Shown one piece after another: positions 27,195 through 36,979 of a stretch of DNA of 61,838 nt. The notes under the pieces were generated by a model that did no database searches, was not told where the DNA came from, and saw nothing but the letters and a program-made list of their open reading frames with translations. Source of the stretch: Candidatus Acidiferrales bacterium (GTDB lineage: Archaea > Halobacteriota > Bog-38 > Methanoflorentales > Methanoflorentaceae); assembly GCA_035624185.1 (NCBI GenBank), contig DASPRZ010000055.1, positions 1 to 61,838 of the forward strand. Reading direction: 5' to 3'. Position numbers and translations under genes: made by a program. Position 1 is the first letter of the stretch, and every line of letters starts with the position of its first letter.

Positions 27195-27646
27195 TTATTG
27201 CCTCATTGCAACAATCACTTGTTCTAACTTCAAATTTCCATGGATTAATGCAATATTTGTCACAATCTTAGCAGTAAATTTTCTATTTGCAACAGCAACA
27301 TTTTCACGTCTTTTTGACAAAATTGTTGAGTTATTACGCTGTATCGAAGCTGAAAAAATACTTTAAACTATCTCTAGGATAAACAAAGCGCTCTAACGCA
27401 AATTATTGTAAGCGTTTGTGATTGTTCGCACAGACAAAAAATGAAGAATAAATAAAGCCAATACGTCACGTATTAAAAATTTGATGAAATATTCCCGTCG
27501 TGAATACAAAAACAATATAGCATGTGTTTATAAGCGTTATGTTATGGTTTATCTATTATACGAATAGGATAGAAATTTAAATAATCAGACGATTTGTTTA
27601 TACGTTGCATTCAGCCAGCTAAGCGGGACAATAACATACAGATTCA

Positions 27647-28870
27647 TTATTTAAATTCACCAAAACATTCTAAGACCCATCGGTAGTTTTTGTCCGGATC
27701 GATGCGCTCCCATTTGACTGTATCTATAACGTCTCTACTTAATTCATCTATGTCTATTCGAGACTCAGCGGTTAGCACTGATGTTAAGTCTGCGTTTGTG
27801 CTCGGATGTTTGGGCGCTGCTTTACAAGATGTTTGCCCTCCTGCAGTCGATAATTTATACGTGCCAATAGACCGTGCAATGCGCATGATATCGGTTTTGT
27901 CCATGCCTACAAGTGGTCTAAACACGGGAACCCCGGCTGCATCATTTATTGCAAGCAGATTTGGCGTTGTTTGGCTTGCGACTTGTCCGATACTTTCGCC
28001 GGTAACAATCCCGTGTGCCCCTCCTTCTCGTGCAAGTTCCGTTGCTGACCTATACATCATACGTTTGCACAATAGACATGTTAGTCTTCGATTTGATTGC
28101 GTAGCCTTATGTAGAGTTTTTTCGTGCGTAATACGCACCATGTGCAGTGGTCTTCCTGCCCACACTGCAAGAGCTTTGATACAATCAACTGCTCTTTTTC
28201 TAGCTGTATCCCCCATGTACGATCCGCAATCGTAAAATAGTGGGATTATTTCGCAACCTCGTTTCATCATCATCCACGAAGCGACTGGAGAGTCTATGCC
28301 GCCTGAAATTAACGCTACTATCTTACCCTGTGTTCCTAGCGGCATGCCCCCGACTCCGCGAATAACTTCGGTATACAAATATGACTTTTGATCTCGTATC
28401 TCAATAAATAGTTCAACATTTGGATTGGTCAAATTGACAGACGCCTTTGTTGTATCGGCTATCGCATTTCCTACGATGACACCAACATCCCGACTTGAAT
28501 ATTCGTGTCCCCCCATTCTCCGGACTCTTAATGCAAAGGAGCTCTCTCTCGAAACAAGCGGAACAAGGATTTTAACAGCAAGCAACTCAATATCTCCAAG
28601 ATCGGCACTTGTGGTATATGCGGGGCTTGTTGAAACCACTCCAAATACCTTCGCTGCGATATTTGCGGCTTTTGCATCATTGGTAATTATAAAAATTCTC
28701 CCGAAATCCCGTTTTATCGTTTCGAAGGATATCTCGGCAAACTCCAACATAGTTTTCAAATTTTTAACAAGTGTTTGCTCACATCTTCTCCTTACCTCAT
28801 CGCTTTTAATCCCGATCTCGCCATATCTTACTAAAACCGAGTCCATACTTTTTAAGTCTCTGTCATTCAT
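27647..28870 (-). CDS. thiI: tRNA 4-thiouridine synthase ThiI (THUMP + PP-loop, no rhodanese domain)
   Basis: PP-loop ALISGGIDSPVASW. CxxC (CLLC), as in methanogen-type ThiI. Confidence 0.9.
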   Translation of the reverse strand: MNDRDLKSMDSVLVRYGEIGIKSDEVRRRCEQTLVKNLKTMLEFAEISFETIKRDFGRIFIITNDAKAANIAAKVFGVVSTSPAYTTSADLGDIELLAVKILVPLVSRESSFALRVRRMGGHEYSSRDVGVIVGNAIADTTKASVNLTNPNVELFIEIRDQKSYLYTEVIRGVGGMPLGTQGKIVALISGGIDSPVASWMMMKRGCEIIPLFYDCGSYMGDTARKRAVDCIKALAVWAGRPLHMVRITHEKTLHKATQSNRRLTCLLCKRMMYRSATELAREGGAHGIVTGESIGQVASQTTPNLLAINDAAGVPVFRPLVGMDKTDIMRIARSIGTYKLSTAGGQTSCKAAPKHPSTNADLTSVLTAESRIDIDELSRDVIDTVKWERIDPDKNYRWVLECFGEFK

Positions 28871-29341
28871 TATTGTGCTTTTAATGTTTTATCTCTATGC
28901 GTATTCAATAACCTATATTAGAGCTCACAGTTGGGGATTTTTTACTTAAATGATATTATTAATATGCATCTAGGTAAATTCTATCAAAATGCTATGATTT
29001 AATAACACGGTCCCTTTACTTAGTTTTAGTTCAATACTAAAAAGTATTTAATTTTCACGCATATGAAAAGGTTTTAACATACAGTGGAGAAGAACTCAAA
29101 AAACTACGCGTTTTTATATTAAGTGCCAATCATGTATAGAGTAAATTGATTTTGAAAGTCCTTCACCAAGTGCCGTGAAATTGTTTATCCATCAAACAAT
29201 AGAAAAGCTTCACACGCAGCTTCACCATCTTTAGAAATTATATAAAATTCCTCTGTGGCCTGAGATCAGATCGATAGTTGTAATGATTGCCCTACTAGAA
29301 TTCAGGAAGCCTCAGATACGCGTCTGGATTTGTGTGACCAT

Positions 29342-29677
29342 TCATAAATGGGTGATTATTACGCTACTTGATATTAACATCAACAGAACGAAGATGCTTA
29401 ATACGATATAATTTCTGTCTCGCTCTCCTACGAAACTAACTAAAACTGTCAGCAGCCACATAACGGGAGAAATTATGAGTAAAATAATTCCAAAGTTCAT
29501 AATCGCGAGAGGATTGCCCATTTTTATGCCAGAGAAAAGTTGTGCAGGTACTAGAGTCAAATCTGTCACAGTTTCCGGCTGTAGCGCAAGGACAACAACC
29601 CCAAACGAACTAATGACTATGCTTGTACAGATGCCTGAGATTATTACCCGATTCAGATTTGTCTCCATTCGTGTCAT
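29342..29677 (-). CDS. small membrane protein (DUF1634-like) downstream of TauE
   Basis: 111 aa with 3 hydrophobic segments. This is the usual partner position next to TauE/SafE genes. Confidence 0.6.
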   Translation of the reverse strand: MTRMETNLNRVIISGICTSIVISSFGVVVLALQPETVTDLTLVPAQLFSGIKMGNPLAIMNFGIILLIISPVMWLLTVLVSFVGERDRNYIVLSIFVLLMLISSSVIITHL

Positions 29678-29692
29678 AATTGACCTGAAGTA

Positions 29693-30523
29693 TTAACCAA
29701 AAAGTTTCGCTACAATTAAAAATGCAACAACGACTAAAACTACCGCAAATCCGGTATTTAACGCCTCACTTTTAAGTCTCCCTTGCACTTTTGGGCCTAT
29801 AATGGCCCCGAGGAAAATTCCCTCTAGTACAGTAACAGCAAGCAACGGATGGATATACCCGTATGAGTAATAAATAGCAGCACTTGTAGCTGCAGTTATC
29901 CCAATTATGAATGCACTCGTAGTAGTCGCTACCTTTACAGGTACATTCATAAAAAGATTCATTACTGGCACATTAACGATTCCGCCACCCACCCCTAGCA
30001 GTCCAGCGGCATTTCCCGATAAAAATCCTCCAACAAATCCTAAAAGCGGGTGCTTTACACGATAATTGACTTTTTGTTTTATCTCATCATCATAATAGCT
30101 GCTATTCAGCTTAAAGGGGTCAGCATCATTGTCATATAGCTTTACGGACGGTACTTTTTTACGTCGCATAATCATAAAATAAGCTGTTACAATAAGGGCG
30201 ATAGCAAAAATTTCACTTAAAAGTGTACGATCCATCCTTAGCGCGATTAACGCTCCTGTAGTGCCCCCAACAGTTGATGTAGCTGCAAACCACAGCGCGA
30301 GTCTTACGTTCGTTTTTCTTTCTTTAATATAAGCAGAGGATGCCGTGGCAGACACAGTTATGGCGTCCACGAGACTTGTAGCGATTGCAACCTTTATCGG
30401 AACCCCAATGACGAAAGTTAGAAAAGGTACTAACATAACTCCCGCACCTATACCGAGCATCGATACGATTATCCCCGCGAGGATAGAGAAAAGAAATATT
30501 ACACACAGAGCAAGAAAATCCAT
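29693..30523 (-). CDS. TauE/SafE-family sulfite/organosulfonate exporter-like membrane protein
   Basis: 276 aa with ~8 TM segments and internally duplicated G-rich helices typical of the family. Confidence 0.8.
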   Translation of the reverse strand: MDFLALCVIFLFSILAGIIVSMLGIGAGVMLVPFLTFVIGVPIKVAIATSLVDAITVSATASSAYIKERKTNVRLALWFAATSTVGGTTGALIALRMDRTLLSEIFAIALIVTAYFMIMRRKKVPSVKLYDNDADPFKLNSSYYDDEIKQKVNYRVKHPLLGFVGGFLSGNAAGLLGVGGGIVNVPVMNLFMNVPVKVATTTSAFIIGITAATSAAIYYSYGYIHPLLAVTVLEGIFLGAIIGPKVQGRLKSEALNTGFAVVLVVVAFLIVAKLFG

Positions 30524-30737
30524 ATCGGCATCCCTGTTTCACGTACCCTTCACATAGGGCATATGCTACGCTTTTCCATGGATGCGATATATTATTTGTG
30601 TTGTCTCTTCGACAAATTGATAGTGCACAGGAGGCTCTATACTTACCCACAAAGCGAAAAGAAGATGATCAATAATTGAACGATTGATGGTTCGTCCTTC
30701 CATCTACCCTAAATGTATAACGGTATTAGTTACGATC

Positions 30738-30782
30738 ACAGAATTTATAAGAACAGAATTTATAAGAACAGAATTTATAAGA
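30738..30782. repeat. Perfect tandem repeat ACAGAATTTATAAGA x3 abutting the tRNA-Cys 3' end
   Basis: Read directly from the sequence. Each unit contains a TATA-like TTTATAA. Confidence 0.95.
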
Positions 30783-30852
30783 GCCAGCCCCCGGAGTCGG
30801 ACCGGGATATGCCGCTCTGCAGGCGGCTGCGTAGCCATTCCGCCAGACTGGC
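30782..30852 (-). tRNA. tRNA-Cys (GCA)
   Basis: Hand-folded cloverleaf with a 7-bp acceptor stem (one G-U), 3-bp D stem, 5-bp anticodon stem, loop CUGCAGA (G37), 5-bp T stem and discriminator U73. CCA is not encoded. The T-loop reads UCCGACU (C at position 55). Confidence 0.9.
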
Positions 30853-31068
30853 ATTGTTAGTGCTGTCAATACTCTATTGACATTAATATATTTGCACGTA
30901 GTGCATAATAACACTTTTTATTGCGACAAAATTTGGTTCAGCTCTTCTTATTGCTCGCACGTGCTGCACAACAAAATTGTAACGATCTGATCTGATTTTT
31001 TGTGTGCTTTATGCCAGTTGACATATGGGGGTGTGAGCTAACAGTAAGATGTAATATTCACAAAAGAG

Positions 31069-31818
31069 TTACTCTATTCGTTCCCTATGTGAATAGACAG
31101 AGAATTGCTCAACACCTGCAAAACAAACTAACGTGACACCAGTTTGAAGCGCCGATTCTATTCCGGTATTTATCGGCGCAGCTTTAGATACAATTAGTGG
31201 TATACCAGCACGAGCCGCTTTTAGGACCATGCCTGCAGGCTGTCTGCCTGATGATAATAAAAACGTGTAAGAGAAGTCGTTTCCTGCGAAAGCACCGATT
31301 ACTTTATCAACCGCACTATGCCTTCCAACATCAACTGCTTGAGCCTGCAACTCTCCTTTTCTGCTGAAGAGCGCTGCAGTATGGACACCATGGGTTTTCT
31401 GCCGCGTATACGTATTTAGGAACTGCAAACTCTCTTTTATAATCTGTTTGCCAAAACGTGCATCGGAAACGACTCTTATGTCCTCGTTTGTCCACCACTT
31501 AACGCCAATGCAACCAGAGGATCTAATTTCGTGCCAGAGTTCTACCTGATCAAAAGAAGAGACCTTCGAGTACGCCTCCATTTTGTTTTCGTCGATTACC
31601 ACTTCTTGGATATCATAGAAGTTAGTAACCACCCCTTCCGATAGCAAATAGCCGATGCAAAGCTCTCTAAGCATATCTGGAGACGCTACGAGCGTAGCAA
31701 TCCGTATGTCATTTACAAACAAGGTAATGCTGTCTTCTACAGCAACATCATCATAGTCCGAATACTCGGCGCCGTCGTATCGTATGTTTGTCCGCGAGAA
31801 AGCTTTGATATAGTCCAT
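31069..31818 (-). CDS. fdhD: FdhD-family sulfurtransferase (formate dehydrogenase accessory protein)
   Basis: HGVHTAALF, GRHSAVDKVIG, SGRQPAGMVLKAARAGIPLIVSKAAP. Confidence 0.85.
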   Translation of the reverse strand: MDYIKAFSRTNIRYDGAEYSDYDDVAVEDSITLFVNDIRIATLVASPDMLRELCIGYLLSEGVVTNFYDIQEVVIDENKMEAYSKVSSFDQVELWHEIRSSGCIGVKWWTNEDIRVVSDARFGKQIIKESLQFLNTYTRQKTHGVHTAALFSRKGELQAQAVDVGRHSAVDKVIGAFAGNDFSYTFLLSSGRQPAGMVLKAARAGIPLIVSKAAPINTGIESALQTGVTLVCFAGVEQFSVYSHRERIE

Positions 31819-32155
31819 ACTTAGCTATTATCTTATAATCTAAAATATATTTGCTAGCTGCTAATCTCAACGTCGTCTTACCTTCAAAAAATTTAGGCGT
31901 ATCATTTTTCTTTTAATTTTGATATAAGCTGTGAATTATCAGTTGCGTCTTAAAGGAGACTTAGTACTCTTGTAGCAGCCCCAAAGGCAGTGAAATGGCT
32001 TTCAATGAGATGGCAGTTGACATAAAATTCATCGTCGAAGATGCCTTTATTGATTAGCTCCCTTTTATTAGAAAGCGCACTACATACGATCTTCAAGAAA
32101 GACTGAGTTCACTAAGCTGAATGTTGCGCTGACTGATATACTAACGGTGATATGA

Positions 32156-32565
32156 ATGAAGTTATTGATGTTCGATACGAACGAGTTCTGGTATAAAACG
32201 TTTGGCAAAACCCTCGATCACGTCGATACCGTAGACACGGAAGATCTGTAGAGGACGCACTGGTCATCTTTATAAATGTTGAGAAAGAGGACGAGGCTCA
32301 ACGAGATAAGGTCGTTAAAAAAGCTGTTGAAAATATCTCCTGGCTGGCGAAAAAAACGAGTAGAAACAGAGTGGTTCTGCACTCCTTTGCCCACCTCTCA
32401 GACAGTAAGTTGAGCGTTATGTTCGCCGAAGAGGTATTTCGGCTGATCATGGAGAAGCTCAACGCAAAAGGGCTTGAAACCAACATGACCACATTCGGCT
32501 ATTTCCTCGAATTTAAGATTCATGTAAGAGGGGAATCCTTAGCTAAGGTATGGAAATCCATTTGA
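32156..32565 (+). pseudogene. frameshifted paralog of the free-standing ThrRS-editing-domain protein
   Basis: MKLLMFDTNEFWYKTF...DTEDL stops at 32249. The other frame (open from 32197) then continues ...EDALVIFINVEKED...VVLHSFAHLSDS...FGYFLEFKIHVRG. This aligns with 40430..40972. Confidence 0.7.
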
Positions 32566-32625
32566 TTTAAAGACATCCTATCGAACAAAAGGTGTACGAC
32601 TCTGATGCCTCGCGCATAGGCCTTT

Positions 32626-33348
32626 TTATGGTTTCGGCTTTGAAAAGACAAACCCATAATGATAAGGCCTGAGATCGTGCGCGCTCACGAAGGTAAATCC
32701 TACATCGAGTGTACACTCACAGACCTGGTCCGGCTTCGGCCGGATTTCCATCGGCGGACCTCGCGGGGTGCTGCTATCATACTTCCAATGAATGATACCT
32801 ACTCTCCCTCCTGGCGTTAAAATACGATAGGCTTCTCTAAGGATGCGCTTGGGCCTCTCATCGTGCAGTATATTAAAAAGCATTACGTAATCAACGCTCG
32901 CATCAGCAAGCCCCGTACCGTCAGCGATAAAGTCGCGGTGCACTGCTACCACGTTGGTAAGCCCACTGCTCTGCGCGTGTTTTTTTACGGCATTGACCAT
33001 CCCTAGTTCTATGTCGACTGCATGTATCTTACCGGAAATCATCTTCGCTGCAGGAATAGTGAACGTACCGTAGCCGCACCCAAACTCAGCCGCGTCGATG
33101 ACTGTTGGAGTAACTCCAAGAGCACTAAGAATTTCAAATGGCTTGAAAAAACTCTCCCATAGCTCTTCAGAAGGCATACCGCTCTCTCTTACTTTCATAA
33201 TGACTGTCCGATGTTTACAAAAGCAACTATTAAGTTGGTCTGCCTTAATCCTGACCTCGTTATAACCGTAGCTATGTGTTCCTACAGACAGGATACACTC
33301 TCTATTCCTCGGCTTGTAACCTAACGAACGTTGATAATGCTGCCGCAC
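32626..33348 (-). CDS. class I SAM-dependent methyltransferase
   Basis: Motif I AAEFGCGYGTFT. The likely true start is Met51 (33198). Confidence 0.8.
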   Translation of the reverse strand: MRQHYQRSLGYKPRNRECILSVGTHSYGYNEVRIKADQLNSCFCKHRTVIMKVRESGMPSEELWESFFKPFEILSALGVTPTVIDAAEFGCGYGTFTIPAAKMISGKIHAVDIELGMVNAVKKHAQSSGLTNVVAVHRDFIADGTGLADASVDYVMLFNILHDERPKRILREAYRILTPGGRVGIIHWKYDSSTPRGPPMEIRPKPDQVCECTLDVGFTFVSAHDLRPYHYGFVFSKPKP

Positions 33349-33384
33349 GACTTGCTGTGGCAGTGCGTAGCTTGTCTATGTTAG

Positions 33385-33576
33385 TTAATCTGAGAGCTCC
33401 TCAAGGTCTTCCGACTGACAGGAGGGACACATTACGTTCTCACCTATCCCCTTGAACTTCTTCCCACAGCTGTTACAGCGGTAGTTCTTGGGCCACACGA
33501 TCTCTTCATCTCCGAATGGGCCACCCACTGAACACATAGCTCTATGCCTCCATGTTAGTATATATCTTGAGCTCAT
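33385..33576 (-). CDS. small zinc-ribbon protein
   Basis: CNSC...CPSC pair. The start is possibly the internal Met. Confidence 0.45.
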   Translation of the reverse strand: MSSRYILTWRHRAMCSVGGPFGDEEIVWPKNYRCNSCGKKFKGIGENVMCPSCQSEDLEELSD

Positions 33577-33639
33577 AAATACTTATTTCAATCTTTTTTA
33601 GCATTTTAGTGGCGCCCTATCTGATTTCGTCATCGAATA

Positions 33640-34330
33640 GATTTTAAAGACATTTTTGTGTAAGTCAAAGCCACTCTGTCTCACAGCTGCGACATCTCAT
33701 AAGTCTCTATGAGGTATCAGGTCACACCCGGTGCATGGCACACACATTGTCTGTGCTACGTCACATCTCAGACCGTACCGATCTAGTATCTCCGCGCTCT
33801 TTTTCAGCTAGTCATAGGAGTCGTTCTGCATCAGGCCGTTTAATGCCGACTTGAGCCCTCAACGGATGCTCAACAGCAGCTCTAAGGATGGGAATCACCC
33901 CAATTTTGGCAAGTTCGGCCATGCCATCTATCACGATCTTATCACTCTCTCCAAGACCTATGATGATGTTCGAAAACACTTTGTTTCTGCCGAATACCTG
34001 CACTGCATCTTTAAGCGCATCGATGATGAAATTCGAGGAGAGACTAGAGCACATCTTCTCAAAGAGGTCGCGGTCCATGGTCTCAACGTTGTACTTGATC
34101 TCGTCAGCATCGGCGTCTTTTAAAATCCTATTAAATCAGCAGTAGGGTACACGGACACGCCAATAGAGGGGTTGTATTTTTTTAACCTCTTGGCATTGAA
34201 CCTTAGGAAAAATGACGTCAACCCGCATCAGGGGCCGAGGCGGGTGTGGTGACTCGGCCGAGCAATTTTTCATCTATGTCTGCCCCGCCCACGGCAATTA
34301 AAAGAGCTTTAATCTCCGCATATTTGTGCA
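33640..34330 (-). pseudogene. multiply disrupted radical-SAM-like (BioB/HydE-type barrel, C-terminal half) gene remnant
   Basis: Pieces lie in three frames: ...SIGVSVYPTADLIGF / KDADADEIKYNVETMDRD...IIIGLGESDK... / LKKSAEILDRYGLRCD...CVPCTGC. No CxxxCxxC N-terminus in any frame. Confidence 0.45.
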
Positions 34331-34366
34331 TAGTTTGACCCCTAGCCAGCTTATTCTTTATATGTA

Positions 34367-34376
34367 TTAATTTCAA
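34367..34376. promoter_or_regulatory. AACAATTGTT palindrome upstream of the radical-SAM remnant
   Basis: Same core as the sites at 54537, 54606 and 2831. Confidence 0.35.
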
Positions 34377-35050
34377 CAATTGTTAATTTAAGCCCTCTCA
34401 ACTAGGCAACTTTTTCCGTGATGTTATACATATGAAGAGCTATGTTTGTTCCCAGCGAATTGAAGACGCTGTTGAAACTTATGTCATCACCAATGTTGGC
34501 AATACTTGGATAAAGGGATTGATGATCACAACTGGTTCAAACGGTTTGAATTCATACAAGAAAAGGAGAGTCCTAAGCGCCCGGTTTTGCTTGGAAATGG
34601 AACTGTGTCCTTTGACGAAAAATGGATCGAAGATGCCTACACGATGAGCGCCCCTATATCTCTTTGCTAACGTTTGCCATGAAAGAGAACATATTGGCGT
34701 ACCCGGTACATCTAGGGATGTTCTGTATTGCAGGTAAAATACAATCAAGCGCACTGCCTCGTACCTCTGATCGAGAAATTCTTTAGGACGGTTTCTATTT
34801 TTTGAGCTATTGTGCGAAAATAGAGGTCGTTGTAAAAATTCGTTTGGGCTCCGCCGGAGTACTCTCCGTATGATTTGTCACCATTGTCATTATACCAAAA
34901 TAATTATATCAAATATTCCTATAATATAATAATAATAGATAAATTATTCAGAAAAAGTCCTATAAAATCCTTAAAAGGAAACTATATCGAAACTTTTTGT
35001 ATAAGTAAAGTCAAGCTTTAGTGTAAGCTCAAAAATATTGGGGAATCATC

Positions 35051-36082
35051 ATGAAGTACGAGGATCTCGTTGATCGAGTAAAGAGCGTGATACGGCCGGT
35101 GGAAGGGGCATGCGGGATCTGTCATGCTGTGGCAGAGGAGATCTGTAACCTGGGCGGAAAGGTTGTGGCGCATGAACGACCGGATGGGATCTTGGCAAGG
35201 GTAATAGATGATCAAGGCACGGTTCTCGGTGAAGGGTCCGGGGTGGTCTGGCCTCCAGCAGTGCTCTCAGCCGAGATCGATGCAGGGCTTTTTCCTCCGG
35301 AGATCGCAGAGGCCCTCACAAGAGGGGGTACTAGCACCCAGGAAGATATGGCGCGTGTCGCTGACCTGCACGGATTCGGGCGGGTACTGACCCCGGCAGC
35401 TGTTGCCCTCATGACAATCACAGAGATGGGCGGGCGGACCATCATCCGAAGAGAGGGGCTTGGAGTTATCGCGAGATTCTTTGACGCCACCGGCGAAGTA
35501 ATATCAACATCGCCCCCGTCTTATTGCCCTACGTGTGCAGTCGTGATCGGGGCGGCGAGAACACCATTTCTCGCAGAAAAAGTAAAAAACGCATTGAGGA
35601 CCGCAGAGAATCCCGGGAAACTGAAGTACGAGCGTGGGATTGAAAATCGTTATATCGTGAAGGGCGGTAGCGTTCGTGTAACCCTTGCTCAGAACGACGA
35701 GGTTCTTGCAAACCGTGTGATCGGATGCTGCATGGCGTACGGAACCGTAAAGGCCGAGATCGTCGCCGGACTCATTCCAGAAGCAAACGCGAGTCTCTTC
35801 AAGGCGTATTGTAATATGTGTCCATACAAGCACTGTTGGCTTGAGAAGTCCATGGGCGCGACGGGAAATCTCTTGCTCCACCGGTTGACCGAGATCGGGA
35901 CAGAGATCGAGATCACCGCTCAAGAAGGGATTGTTGCCCGTATACCAGGTCCAGAAGGCCAGGTGATCCAAGGGCGTGGCACCCTCTGCTCGCTTTCTGC
36001 ACTCACTAACATGCTCCTGCGAAGTGATGCGCAAAAAATTTTGAAACCCTCACCAGTGAAACGATGGGAGGAAAGAGCGTAG
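35051..36082 (+). CDS. GC-rich orphan protein with four ~80-aa internal repeats
   Basis: Repeat cores GILARVIDDQGTVLGEG, GVIARFFDATGEVISTS, EVLANRVIGCCMAYG and GIVARIPGPEGQVIQGRG, each followed by a Cys- or Ser-containing helix. The many antisense ORFs here are GC artefacts. Confidence 0.7.
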   Translation: MKYEDLVDRVKSVIRPVEGACGICHAVAEEICNLGGKVVAHERPDGILARVIDDQGTVLGEGSGVVWPPAVLSAEIDAGLFPPEIAEALTRGGTSTQEDMARVADLHGFGRVLTPAAVALMTITEMGGRTIIRREGLGVIARFFDATGEVISTSPPSYCPTCAVVIGAARTPFLAEKVKNALRTAENPGKLKYERGIENRYIVKGGSVRVTLAQNDEVLANRVIGCCMAYGTVKAEIVAGLIPEANASLFKAYCNMCPYKHCWLEKSMGATGNLLLHRLTEIGTEIEITAQEGIVARIPGPEGQVIQGRGTLCSLSALTNMLLRSDAQKILKPSPVKRWEERA

Positions 36083-36270
36083 AGTTCTATCGGGGTGCGA
36101 AATCTCTCTGACTCTAACTCTTCACTCTCAGAAGGTGGCGATGACGAGTCGTCTACCATCCGGAGTTGGCGGGAGGGCATTGCATTATTAGTTAATGAGG
36201 CGCAAGATCCTCTCGATTCATCCACCTGATCGTCACGCGTTAATTAGATAGATTGACGTCCTCCTTCTTT

Positions 36271-36528
36271 TTACCACGTTATCTCAATTGCTTCTTCAAG
36301 CGGCAGTGCAGGGGCGATATGGGCCACGCCCAAGGAGCTGAATGGTCCCGTAATCTTGAGCAATGTTTCTTCATCAGGCGCGTCGAAGATTGCAACAGAC
36401 ATGTGCCTGCCAATAAGAACGTAACGGCCTATCACTTTCACCTTTTCGGGATACTTGAAGTGCTTCCACAATTCTCGCACCCGAGTGGTGTGATCGGGAT
36501 CGAATTTGAACCACAGAACGAAAAGCAT
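36271..36528 (-). CDS. DUF3303-like small protein
   Basis: 85 aa. Close paralog at 51815..52072, with homologous downstream flank. Confidence 0.6.
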   Translation of the reverse strand: MLFVLWFKFDPDHTTRVRELWKHFKYPEKVKVIGRYVLIGRHMSVAIFDAPDEETLLKITGPFSSLGVAHIAPALPLEEAIEITW

Positions 36529-36979
36529 TCTCTCTCATTCTCCCATAATTAGTTAATTTAGTTATGCCCGGTTGAGCACTTCTGCTCTTGATCTCAAGAT
36601 GCCCCGATGTCAGATGTTATTTATCTCGCACATCAGGCCTTCTCGGAATAGAGCATTAAAAATAAATGGTAATCTCGAACGATAACGCTTTCACCCTTTT
36701 TTCGAGTGTGAGGTTTATCAGCATTGAACATGCCACTGCCGTATTACGACGTGTTAAATATCAGAGTAAAATGACAAAATAAATTAAATCCTTATAAGTG
36801 CTTTTCGCTTGGTCTTATAATCCAGCTCGTCGGAGGTTTTGTGGTGTTTTTACTTTTGATGTTGTAAGCTCCGCACTATTGCCAAGACATATGGCAAAAT
36901 AACAGCTCGGACATTTATCATCCTTACGCAAATTTCTCCCTACATGCTATTGATAGATGGTTCCAGATAGGAAAACACG

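Noticed and set aside
15189-30781. Classical tRNA-integrated genomic island or provirus between the two tRNA-Cys copies.
   Set aside because: No integrase, excisionase or phage-like genes are present. The duplicated segment includes the tRNA 5' half and promoter rather than a 3' att core. It is reported only as a bracketed accessory segment.
30726-30914. 62-aa ORF with SYKFCSYKFCSYKFC.
   Set aside because: It is the translation of the 15-bp tandem repeat plus the antisense of tRNA-Cys.
31069-31818. FdhD with an apparently single Cys (SSGCIGV) where E. coli-type FdhD has a Cys pair.
   Set aside because: I cannot align the loop reliably by eye, and archaeal FdhD variation is unknown to me. 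It is not reported as a finding.
34432-34754. ORFs 34432..34647 (+) and 34479..34754 (-), considered as transposase or enzyme remnants.
   Set aside because: No recognisable motif appears in any frame. The region is left unannotated.
35212-36225. Five overlapping minus-strand ORFs (35212..35490, 35504..36034, 35529..35711, 35689..35916, 35920..36225).
   Set aside because: They fall inside the GC-rich gene 35051..36082. High GC suppresses stop codons in all frames, and only the plus-strand frame shows coherent internal repeats.
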